The translations under genes were made by a program, and so were the position numbers. Positions 10,365-18,585 of a stretch of DNA of 64,000 nucleotides are shown here, in pieces. Below the pieces are notes generated by a model. That model ran no database searches and was not told the origin of the DNA. It worked only from the letters and a program-made list of their open reading frames with translations. Origin of the DNA: an uncultured delta proteobacterium (GTDB lineage: Bacteria > Myxococcota_A > Polyangia > Polyangiales > JAFGIB01); assembly GCA_963778655.1 (NCBI GenBank), contig CAVZVA010000009.1:896001-960000 (forward strand), in the 5' to 3' direction. The number at the start of each line of letters is the position of its first letter. Positions within the stretch are counted from its first letter, which is position 1.

Positions 10365-10589
10365 ATGGAAGAGACATTGAGAGAGATCGTGTCCAGAATC
10401 GGCGAGATCGATCCCGACTTCGGCGCCGACGCGCGCCTGACCGACGATCTCAACATCGATTCGTTTCGCGCGGTGGAGATCGTGTTCGAGATCGAGCGCA
10501 GCTTCAGCATCAAGGTACCTGATACCCGCTACAGCGAAGTGCAGACGTTTGCCGACATGGTCAAGCTGATCGGCGAGCTCACGGGATGA
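10365..10589 (+). CDS. Acyl carrier protein (type II FAS/PKS-like)
   Basis: 74 aa, DDLNIDSFRAVEIVFEIERSFSIKVPD; GAGGGG RBS before ATG 10365. Confidence 0.9.
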   Translation: MEETLREIVSRIGEIDPDFGADARLTDDLNIDSFRAVEIVFEIERSFSIKVPDTRYSEVQTFADMVKLIGELTG

Positions 10590-10640
10590 GGCGATACGAC
10601 GTGATGCGATGAACGCTTCAGCTCGACAGGGAGGCCCCGC

Positions 10641-11861
10641 GTGCCGCGACGGGTGGTGATCACCGGCTGCGGGGTGGTCACCGCTGCCGGAACCGAGCTC
10701 GACGCGTTCTGGCAAGGGCTGCTCGACGGAACGTGTCGGATCGGGCCATTGCGCGGATTCTCGGCCCCGGGCATGGAAGGGCTGTACGGCGCGGAGGTCG
10801 CGCTGCCGGAGGCCGATCGCCTGCCGCCCAGCGTGGACGAGGACCCCCGGCGTGCGCGCTGCCTGGAGCTTGCTCTGGCCGCAGCGCGTCGCGCGCTGCG
10901 CGACGCTGGCGCGATCGACCGGCGCGACCTGTTGACGCCTGCCGGCATGGTGTTCGGGACGACCCTGGGCGAAGAGCGCCAGATCGGTGACCTGACGGAA
11001 CGCAAGCTGGCCGCCGGCGGGTCTGTTGCCGACGCCGGCTTCTTCACCCGCAGCAACAACCATCGGCTCGCCGCGCTGATCGCGGCACAGCACGGGCTGA
11101 GCGGTCCGGTGTTGCTCGCCGCCACGGCGTGCAGCTCTGGCAACACGGCGCTCGCGCTGGCCTACGACGCGCTTGTCGACGGCGAGGCCGAGCTGATGCT
11201 GGCCGGGGGCGCCGACACCTTCACGCGCCTGATCTACTGCGGGTTTCAGCGCATGGGGGCGCTGTCCAAGGCGATCTGCAAGCCGTTCGACAAGAACCGC
11301 GACGGGGTCGCGTTCGGCGAAGGCGCCGGCGCGCTGGTGCTCGAGGAGCTGGAGCACGCCCGCGGCCGCGGCGCGCAGATCTACGCCGAGCTCGCCGGCT
11401 ACGCCTTCAGTAACGACGCCCACCACATCACCGCGCCCGGGCCCGAGGGTGAGGGCTTCGTGCGCGCCATGCGCGACGCGCTCGCTCGCACCGGGACCCG
11501 CCCGCAGGACGTGAGCTACGTCAGCGCGCACGGTACTGGGACGCCCTACAACGATCGCGGTGAGTGCCAGGCGATGCAGGCGGTCTTCGCAGAGCATGCG
11601 CCGCGCGTGCCCATCAGCTCGATCAAGTCGATGATCGGCCACACCAACGGAGCGGCGAGCGCGATCGAGACGGTCGCGTGCGCGCTCGCGTTGCGTCATC
11701 AGGCGGTGCCGCCGACGGCCAATCTGGTCGAGCCGGAGCCGGGCTTCGATCTCGATTTCGTGCCGGGCAAGGGGCGTTCGACGCCGGTGCACACGTGCCT
11801 GAACCTCGCGGCCGGTTTCGGCGGCGCGAACGTGTGCCTGGTATTGAAGGAGGCGCCGTGA
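10641..11861 (+). CDS. Beta-ketoacyl-ACP synthase (FabF/KS-alpha-like), catalytically intact
   Basis: TACSSG (Cys), SAHGTGT (His), SIKSMIGH (His), GFGGAN; AGGGAGG RBS. Confidence 0.92.
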   Translation: MPRRVVITGCGVVTAAGTELDAFWQGLLDGTCRIGPLRGFSAPGMEGLYGAEVALPEADRLPPSVDEDPRRARCLELALAAARRALRDAGAIDRRDLLTPAGMVFGTTLGEERQIGDLTERKLAAGGSVADAGFFTRSNNHRLAALIAAQHGLSGPVLLAATACSSGNTALALAYDALVDGEAELMLAGGADTFTRLIYCGFQRMGALSKAICKPFDKNRDGVAFGEGAGALVLEELEHARGRGAQIYAELAGYAFSNDAHHITAPGPEGEGFVRAMRDALARTGTRPQDVSYVSAHGTGTPYNDRGECQAMQAVFAEHAPRVPISSIKSMIGHTNGAASAIETVACALALRHQAVPPTANLVEPEPGFDLDFVPGKGRSTPVHTCLNLAAGFGGANVCLVLKEAP

Positions 11862-13069
11862 GCTGGCCGCGCCCCGACGACCCGGCCGTGGTGGTCACCG
11901 GGGTGTCCGTGTTGACGCCGCTGGGCGACGGGTTGCAGACGCTGGCCGGGGCGCTCGGCGAAGGGCGCGATGCGATCGCGCCGGCCTCCGATCCTGCCGG
12001 CGGGGCCGAGACGAGGATCGCGGGCTTCGAGGCCGCCCGCTATGCCAACGTGCGCGGCATGCGGGTCTATCACCGCACCACGCAGCTCGGGATCTGCGCG
12101 ACCAAGCTTTCGCTCGATGACGCCGGCCTGAAGCCCGAACAGCTCGAGCCGGCGCGGTTTGGCGTGATCAATGCTTCGACCTACGCGCACCTGGACACGC
12201 TGCTGGCCTACGACGAGGGTCTGGTCACGCTCGGCATCCAGCGCACCAACCCGACGCTCATGCCGCTGGGCTTGCACAGCGCGCCGGGCGCAGCCGTCGC
12301 GCTCGCCTTCGGCGCCAAGGCCTTCTCGGTCACGCTCAGCGACGGTGGCGCGGCCGGTCTCGCAGCCCTCGGCCTGGGCGCGCGCATGCTGGCGGACCGG
12401 CGCGCCGATGTCTGCGTCGTGGTCGGGGCGATGGGGCCGTGCCGCGAGCTGGCGGCCTCCGCGACGGAGGCGTCTTTCGCGGCGAGCGCGGAGGAGTTCG
12501 CGGTGCTCGACGAGCGCGCGTGCGGGCTGGCCTTCGGCGAGGCCTCGGCCGCGCTGGTGCTGGAGCGGGCCGACAGCGCGCACGCACGCGGCGCGCAGCC
12601 GAAGCTCGCAATCGCTGGGCTGGCGAGCGCGTTCGCGCCCGAGCCTGCGGGGCTGGATCACGCGCTCGGACGAGCCTGTGCGGGCTCCCTGCGCCTGGCG
12701 GGAATCGAGCCGGGCCAGCTCGCGCTGGTGAGCACGGGCGCCAACGGCCTCCGCGCACACGACGATGCGCACGCTCGCGCGTTGCTCGCGCTGCTGGGAC
12801 CGGCCGCCGGCTGCACGCCACTGTTGGCTACCAAGGCCAATCTTGGCGAGACCTTCGACGTCTCGGGGCTGCTGCAGAGCGTCGCGGCCCTGGCCGCGCT
12901 GCGCTTGGGCGTTGCGCCCCCGATCGCGCGCCTGCGCCGCCCGCGCGCGCCGGGCCTGTGCTGCCCGCGCGAGCCCACCGCGCTGGCTCCGGGCCGCGCG
13001 CTGGTCACCGCTACCTCGTTCACGGGCGCCTGCTCCGCGCTGGTGCTAGAGCAGCCCGATGAGCGCTGA
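11858..13069 (+). CDS. Catalytically inactive ketosynthase homologue (chain-length-factor-like)
   Basis: KS fold (FGEASAALVLERADSAHARGA) with Cys motif replaced by SDGGAAG, HGTGT by TGANG and KSxxGH by KANLGE; GTGA-coupled to the KS gene. Confidence 0.8.
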   Translation: MSWPRPDDPAVVVTGVSVLTPLGDGLQTLAGALGEGRDAIAPASDPAGGAETRIAGFEAARYANVRGMRVYHRTTQLGICATKLSLDDAGLKPEQLEPARFGVINASTYAHLDTLLAYDEGLVTLGIQRTNPTLMPLGLHSAPGAAVALAFGAKAFSVTLSDGGAAGLAALGLGARMLADRRADVCVVVGAMGPCRELAASATEASFAASAEEFAVLDERACGLAFGEASAALVLERADSAHARGAQPKLAIAGLASAFAPEPAGLDHALGRACAGSLRLAGIEPGQLALVSTGANGLRAHDDAHARALLALLGPAAGCTPLLATKANLGETFDVSGLLQSVAALAALRLGVAPPIARLRRPRAPGLCCPREPTALAPGRALVTATSFTGACSALVLEQPDER

Positions 13070-13817
13070 AGCAACCCCGAGCCAGGATCGCGTCGCGATC
13101 GTCACCGGAGGGTCGCGCGGCATCGGCAAGGCGGTGGTCGAGCGGCTGTGCCGTGCGGGCGTGGAGGTCTGCTTCACCTTCCTCAGCAACGAACAGGCGG
13201 CCGACGCGGTCGTGCAGGCGCTGCGCGGCGAAGGCCACAGGCTGCGCGCCGTGCGCGCGGACTCGCGCGACAAGGCCGCGCTCGCGGCGCTCGTGGAGGG
13301 CGTGCTGGCGGAGCGCGGCAAGCTCGACGTCCTGATCAACAACGCAGGCGTCACCGCCGATCGACTTCTGCCCATGATGAGCGACGACGAGTGGTCGAAC
13401 GTGCTCGACACCAGTCTCAATGGGCTGTTCGGCGCCACGCGGCCGGCAGCGCGCCAGATGATGCGCCAGCGCGCCGGCCGCATCGTCAACCTGACCTCGG
13501 TCTCGGGGGTGATCGGCATCGCGGGGCAGACCAACTACTGCGCGGCCAAGTCGGCGATCATCGGCTTCACCCGCGCGCTGGCCAAGGAGCTCGCCCCGTG
13601 GGGCGTGTGTGCGAACGCCGTCGCGCCGGGCTACGTCGACACCGATATGCTGGGCTCGTTCACGCCCGCGCAGCGCAAGGCGGCGCTCGAGCGCGTGCCC
13701 ATGCGCCGCTTCGCCAGCGCCGACGAGATCGCTGCGCTGGTCGCCTACGTGGCGTTGGAAGCGCCGTCATTCCTCACCGGACAGACGCTGGTGATCGACG
13801 GCGGCATGAGCACGTAG
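13059..13817 (+). CDS. 3-oxoacyl-ACP reductase (FabG-like SDR)
   Basis: TGGSRGIG, NNAG, GQTNYCAAK (YxxxK), VAPGYVDTDM, GQTLVIDGG; overlaps CLF-like gene. Confidence 0.92.
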   Translation: MSAEATPSQDRVAIVTGGSRGIGKAVVERLCRAGVEVCFTFLSNEQAADAVVQALRGEGHRLRAVRADSRDKAALAALVEGVLAERGKLDVLINNAGVTADRLLPMMSDDEWSNVLDTSLNGLFGATRPAARQMMRQRAGRIVNLTSVSGVIGIAGQTNYCAAKSAIIGFTRALAKELAPWGVCANAVAPGYVDTDMLGSFTPAQRKAALERVPMRRFASADEIAALVAYVALEAPSFLTGQTLVIDGGMST

Positions 13818-14023
13818 ATGTGGTCGCAAGCGACCGCTAGCCTGCGCCGCGCCCCGCCTTGTGCGCGACTCGAGGACGCCATACGATCCTGCATCCATGA
13901 GTTGGGTCCCCATCGTCGCCAGCACCGATCGCGCTCGCCCGCCTCGATGCGCGGCGACGGGCGGCAAGCAGAAACGCATCCGTGCGGCTCGAAGCTGCTG
14001 CCGTTGCACCGGGGGTTGACGCT

Positions 14024-14587
14024 GTGCGTTTGATTTCCACGGCGCTTGAAGGCGTGGTCGTGATCGAGCCGGACGTGTTCGAGGACCCGCGCGGATACTT
14101 CTTCGAAAGCTATTCGGCGCGACGCTTTGCGGAGCGGGGTCTGCCCGCTAGCTTCGTTCAAGACAACGTCTCGCGTTCGTGCCGGCACACGCTGCGCGGT
14201 CTTCACCTGCAGTCTCCGCCATTCGCGCAGGGCAAGCTCGTATACGCGCTCGAGGGCGAGGTGCTCGACGTCGCAGTCGACGTGCGCCCTGGCTCCCCGA
14301 CCTTCGGCAGCGCCGTGGCCCAAGTGCTTTCAGAGAAGAATCGCCGGCAGTTCTACGTGCCGCCAGGTCTCGCGCACGGCTTCTGCGTCATCAGTGAGCA
14401 CGCCGTCGTGGCGTACAAGTGCACCCAGTACTACACGCCGCAAGCCGAGCTATCGGTGTTGTGGAGTGACCCCGACCTCGGCATTGAATGGCCGACGTCG
14501 ACCCCGCTGCTGTCAGCGAAGGACGCGGCGGCTCCTCGGCTGCGCGATATTGCCCTAGAGCGCCTGGCGCCAGGGGAGCGGGAGTAG
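14024..14587 (+). CDS. rfbC: dTDP-4-dehydrorhamnose 3,5-epimerase
   Basis: DPRGYFFE, FVQDNVS, LRGLH, QGKLV, DVAVDVR, GLAHGF, YKC, LSAKD; probable GTG start at 14024. Confidence 0.95.
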   Translation: MRLISTALEGVVVIEPDVFEDPRGYFFESYSARRFAERGLPASFVQDNVSRSCRHTLRGLHLQSPPFAQGKLVYALEGEVLDVAVDVRPGSPTFGSAVAQVLSEKNRRQFYVPPGLAHGFCVISEHAVVAYKCTQYYTPQAELSVLWSDPDLGIEWPTSTPLLSAKDAAAPRLRDIALERLAPGERE

Positions 14588-14589
14588 GC

Positions 14590-15444
14590 GTGCAGAGCAC
14601 CGAGCTGTCGCCGTTGCTCCTGGTCGGCGCCACGGGCATGCTGGGTCGCGCGTTCGCCGCGCTGCTCACGCGCGAGAACCTCGCCTTCAAAGTGATGGAT
14701 CTGCCGGAAATCGATCTCGCTGTTCCGGAGAGCATTTGCGCAGCGGTGCAGCTCGGCGTGCGCACCGTGATCAATTGCGCGGCCTTTACCAACGTGGACG
14801 CCGCCGAGAGCGACGAGGCCACCGCAACCGCCATCAATGGCGAGAGCGTCGGCGTTCTGGCGCGGCGCTGTGCGGAGCTCGGCGCAACGCTGGTGCACTT
14901 CAGCACGGACTATGTGTTCGATGGTTACGCAGATCGACCCTATCCCGTGGATCACCAGCGTGCGCCGATCAACGCGTACGGTCGCAGCAAGGCACTCGGT
15001 GAGCGCTTGCTAGAGCAGAGCACGGCCCGCCACCTGCTCGTCCGGACCAGCTGGCTGTATGCCCCGTGGGGCAAGAACTTCGTGCTGACAATGCGCGAGC
15101 TGATGCGAACACGCGCATCGGTCAAGGTGGTCGGCGACCAGGTCGGGCGTCCCACCAGCGCCGAGTATCTGGCGGAGCGGTCGTTTGCGTTGCTGCGGCG
15201 CGGCTGCACCGGGAGCTTTCACGTGACCGATGGGGGCCAGTGCTCCTGGTACGGGTTTGCCGCTCGGATCGCGGCCTCCGAGGGGTCGAGCTGCCAGATC
15301 GTCCCCTGCACGACCGAGGAGTTTCCACGACCCGCTTCCAGGCCGCGCTACAGTGTGCTCGATCTGAGCCTCACCGAGGCGGAGATCGGACCGTCGCGCC
15401 CGTGGGAGGAGAGCTTGGAGCGCGTCCTGTCGGCGCTTTCGTGA
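14590..15444 (+). CDS. rfbD: dTDP-4-dehydrorhamnose reductase
   Basis: GATGMLG, INCAAFTNVDAAE, HFSTDYVFDG, YGRSK, RTSWLY, DQVGRPT, RPRYSVL. Confidence 0.95.
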   Translation: MQSTELSPLLLVGATGMLGRAFAALLTRENLAFKVMDLPEIDLAVPESICAAVQLGVRTVINCAAFTNVDAAESDEATATAINGESVGVLARRCAELGATLVHFSTDYVFDGYADRPYPVDHQRAPINAYGRSKALGERLLEQSTARHLLVRTSWLYAPWGKNFVLTMRELMRTRASVKVVGDQVGRPTSAEYLAERSFALLRRGCTGSFHVTDGGQCSWYGFAARIAASEGSSCQIVPCTTEEFPRPASRPRYSVLDLSLTEAEIGPSRPWEESLERVLSALS

Positions 15445-15512
15445 TCGTGGCGGCTGCGATTTGACTTGTCGAGGCTTCAGGGTCACAGCAGACGCGACCG
15501 CCATACTCGGGT

Positions 15513-16088
15513 ATGGGCTTCTTCCTCACGCAGACTCCGGAAGGCGATTGGGCTCCCGGCATCGGCGACCCTACGCCACTCGGATGGTTCACGGTGTTCG
15601 CCTATCTGGTGGCGGCCGTCCTGTGCTTCCGAGCTTGGCAGAGAGCTCGCCGCGGGGCAACGGCCGAGCCGCGTCTGGCCTTTGCCTGGGGCTGCTTTGC
15701 CGTATTGATGTTGGCGTTGGGCATCAACAAGCAGCTCGATCTGCAGACCTTGCTGACCGTAGTCGGCAGGCGCGTGGCCCAGCGCGACGGCTGGTACGAG
15801 CGCCGCCAAGTCGTTCAGCGACTGTTCATCCACGGGCTCTTGGGGCTGGCTTCTGCGTCCCTCTTGGCTGGCTTCTGGTTCATGCGCAAGCACCTGCGAG
15901 AGCTATGGCTTGCGGGCTTCGGGGCGATCTTCATCGCCACCTTCGTGTTGATCCGCGCCGCGTCGTTCCACCACGTGGACATCCTGCTCGATCGCACCTA
16001 CCTAGGGGCTCGCGTCAACTGGATACTCGAGCTCGGTGGCATTGCCTGCGTAGCAGCGGGCGCGCGCCTGCAGGGGCGCCGCCAGTGA
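15513..16088 (+). CDS. Integral membrane protein of unknown function (about 5 TM)
   Basis: Multiple hydrophobic helices; WAPGIGDPT.GW, GINKQLDLQT and RAASFHHVD look like conserved motifs. Confidence 0.7.
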   Translation: MGFFLTQTPEGDWAPGIGDPTPLGWFTVFAYLVAAVLCFRAWQRARRGATAEPRLAFAWGCFAVLMLALGINKQLDLQTLLTVVGRRVAQRDGWYERRQVVQRLFIHGLLGLASASLLAGFWFMRKHLRELWLAGFGAIFIATFVLIRAASFHHVDILLDRTYLGARVNWILELGGIACVAAGARLQGRRQ

Positions 16089-16135
16089 CTTCGCCGCCCC
16101 ATTGCCGTCGAGCCGCGAGCGGGCGGCCGCGCGCG

Positions 16136-17779
16136 TCAGGCCCACCAGCGCAAGTGCCCGAATAGCAGGGCATCGGCCGCAAGCAGCAGGTTGGTGACCG
16201 CGTGCGCCGCGATCGCGTCGGTCACGCGCCCGCGCCGCTGTTGCGCCAGGGCGTAAGCCAGACCTGCGCAGGTGCCGGCGAGCCAGTCTGCATGCAGGAT
16301 GCCGAATCCGAGCGACGATACGACCCATGCTACCCAGGCGATCCGTCGCGGGTCCGCCTCGGTGAAATCCGCGCGCATGAGCCGTCGCAGCAGGTAGCCC
16401 CGAAACGCAAGCTCTTCGGCGATCGGCACCACCACGCACGCTCCCAGCGCGCGTCCCGCGAGCCATACGCCAGCACGCACTGGCCCCAACATGCGCAGTC
16501 CCTGGCGCAAGTCCCGCACCGCTGCTTCGTCGCCGCCCGCGGCTAGCAGATACCAGAGCCCGAACACCGCCACGCCGATCCCAACGCTCTGCCAGTGCAA
16601 CCCCAGCGGCAACTCGCGATAGCGTGAGCGTAGCGCGAACAGCACCGCGAGCACACATGCCGCGCGCACCGGATAGAGCCAGTCGAACCCGATGTTGAGC
16701 AAGCCTGTGGCCAATCCGGTCGCGAGCAGCGTCAGCAGCGGCAGCAGATAGGCGGTCGCCGAGTTTGTATGCCCCTGGTTCGCGGTGTCGCCTTCGCTGG
16801 CAAAATAGCGTGCATTGCGCGCTATCGCGACGAAGCCCAGCGCAACGGCCGAAAAGAGGAGCCAGCCGGCCTTGGAGTGGAATCCACCGATCGCGAGTTG
16901 CGGCGATAGGTAGGTTCCGACGAGGATCAGCGCGGCGATGCGGACGATGTTCGCCATCCACACAGTGATCACGGCGATTGGAAGCAGCGCCAACGTGCGG
17001 GGGAACCGCAAGTGTCGACGTTCGATGAGCATGTACCCAGACAGCAAGACCACGATCAGGCCGATGCCCTCGAATCCAGAGCAAATGGGTGCGACCTGCA
17101 CGGCGAAGTGCGCGGTGCCAATTGTCAACGCGGCCGGTCGGACGAGGACGTCGTCCACGATCGGTCGCAGCACCGCTGCAACCGCGGAGAGCGTGATCGA
17201 CGCCATCTTGTGCCAGCCTACCGAGGACAGCTCGCCGCCAACCCAGGCGGCCATGCCCGCAGCCACCCCTACACCGAGCGCGGCGGCGAACACGCGCCGC
17301 AGCTGTGAGAACGCACGCCAGGGCAGCGCGAGCGGTAGCCACGTGCCGAACACCACCAGGCCCGATAACAGCCAGCCGATTCCCCAACCGAGGCCCGGTC
17401 GAACCCCCGGATCGCCAGCGAAGACGTGGCGCGTGACGAGCAAGAACAGGGAGTAGGCGGCTGCATGCACGGCCGCGAGCGGCCATGGGTTACCCTCGGA
17501 TCCGGATCTCGGCGAAAGCCCGGACAGCGCGCGCCGCAGCGTGGGCCCCATCAGCGCGAGGGCCGCCGCGGTCGCGACCAGCGCAATTGAGCCGAGGTCG
17601 CCGACGTAGTGCAGGCCCGACAGCAGGTCGCCGTTTGCTTGCAGCGACTGGGCGTCGAACAGGAAGCTGATCAGCAGGTACTCGCCGAGCAGCAGTGCCC
17701 CCGCCGCAAGCAGGCGCCTGACCAGAGGCCTGCCTTGCGCCGGCGACACTTTGAGGTCTTCGGGCGAAGGAAGGGCCAC
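16136..17779 (-). CDS. xrtE: Exosortase E / CAAX-type (CPBP) protease fusion, VPEID-CTERM system
   Basis: Exosortase triad VAPICSG (Cys), NIVRI (Arg), GFHSKAGW (His); C-terminal PIAEELAFRG, FGILH, AHAVTN CPBP motifs; adjacent to a VPE-CTERM target. Confidence 0.88.
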   Translation of the reverse strand: MALPSPEDLKVSPAQGRPLVRRLLAAGALLLGEYLLISFLFDAQSLQANGDLLSGLHYVGDLGSIALVATAAALALMGPTLRRALSGLSPRSGSEGNPWPLAAVHAAAYSLFLLVTRHVFAGDPGVRPGLGWGIGWLLSGLVVFGTWLPLALPWRAFSQLRRVFAAALGVGVAAGMAAWVGGELSSVGWHKMASITLSAVAAVLRPIVDDVLVRPAALTIGTAHFAVQVAPICSGFEGIGLIVVLLSGYMLIERRHLRFPRTLALLPIAVITVWMANIVRIAALILVGTYLSPQLAIGGFHSKAGWLLFSAVALGFVAIARNARYFASEGDTANQGHTNSATAYLLPLLTLLATGLATGLLNIGFDWLYPVRAACVLAVLFALRSRYRELPLGLHWQSVGIGVAVFGLWYLLAAGGDEAAVRDLRQGLRMLGPVRAGVWLAGRALGACVVVPIAEELAFRGYLLRRLMRADFTEADPRRIAWVAWVVSSLGFGILHADWLAGTCAGLAYALAQQRRGRVTDAIAAHAVTNLLLAADALLFGHLRWWA

Positions 17780-17800
17780 CCGCGCTGCCTCGTTCTCGAG

Positions 17801-18058
17801 CTAGGGCGCGACTCGCCGTCGCCGAGAACGGTCCACTGCCAGCGCGATACCCCCGAGGAGCAAGGCCAAAGCCTCTCCCCCCTGGGTGGGGTTGAGCTCC
17901 GGTACCGAGGGCACCTGCTCGCCGCGCTGCAAACTCCAGCGCCGCCATGTGTGGTGAGCGCGGAGGCTGTGTTGCGGCGGTTCGGCCAGACCGCTAGCTG
18001 GCAGCACCATTGAACCCAGGGTCCAGAGAACGAGTCCTGTGCCGATATACTTTTTCAT
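17801..18058 (-). CDS. Small secreted protein with VPEID-CTERM-type sorting signal
   Basis: 85 aa from MKKYIG (GAGGGG RBS): signal peptide, short polar core, VPELNPTQGGEALALLLGGIALAV TM and RSRRRR basic tail; directly upstream of the exosortase. Confidence 0.85.
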   Translation of the reverse strand: MKKYIGTGLVLWTLGSMVLPASGLAEPPQHSLRAHHTWRRWSLQRGEQVPSVPELNPTQGGEALALLLGGIALAVDRSRRRRVAP

Positions 18059-18116
18059 GATGTGTCCCCTCATTCTAGGAGGTCCGTAGGACTCATGGTC
18101 CTCAAAGGGAGATTCT

Positions 18117-18133
18117 TGCACGCTTCGTGCCAA
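18117..18133 (-). promoter_or_regulatory. Sigma54 (-24/-12) promoter for the VPEID-CTERM/xrtE operon
   Basis: Minus strand reads TTGGCACGAAGCGTGCA: GG-N10-GC with TGGCACG, about 60 bp upstream of the ATG. Confidence 0.75.
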
Positions 18134-18516
18134 GTCGTTCACTGCGCGATCATGCGCCACTCCAAGATACGATCACGCAAGCAAGGGCGACGAATCGCCT
18201 CTAGGATCCAGGAGCGACGGTATCACTCTCAACACAGGCTCGCAAATCGTTCGCCCAGCTGACGCAGAGCCTGCACAACCCTGTTGAAGTACTGGCCCTT
18301 GTGTTTCCGTGCGGAAACCGGCGCTCAGAATCGCGGCTTGCCTGCCGTCCGACAGGAGATCGAGCCGACCACACATTGGCCTGCGCAGTTGGGGGAGCAA
18401 TCGTCGTGATCAGGCTGCGCCGCTTCTGCGCGGCTGGCTGCACAGTCTGCGCAGCTGCGCACCGACCCGTGGCGAAGGCCAGCATTCAAGCCCCAGCAAA
18501 GCCCCTGTGATTTGGG

Positions 18517-18533
18517 TGGCACGGTCCATGCTT
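18517..18533 (+). promoter_or_regulatory. Sigma54 (-24/-12) promoter for the wcaJ operon
   Basis: TGGCACGGTCCATGCTT: GG-N10-GC with TGGCACG, about 50 bp upstream of the wcaJ ATG. Confidence 0.75.
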
Positions 18534-18585
18534 ATGATTGAAGCCAGTATCTCCTTCAACCCGTTCCTCCTGAGGCTTTGCTGCC

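Noticed and set aside
10365..13817. Housekeeping fatty acid synthesis operon
   Set aside because: No fabD/fabH/plsX, a dead second KS is present, and the genes follow an NRPS-type loading triad.
13822..13835. Intrinsic terminator after the KR gene (GGTCGC-AA-GCGACC)
   Set aside because: Short hairpin with no U-tract; insufficient support.
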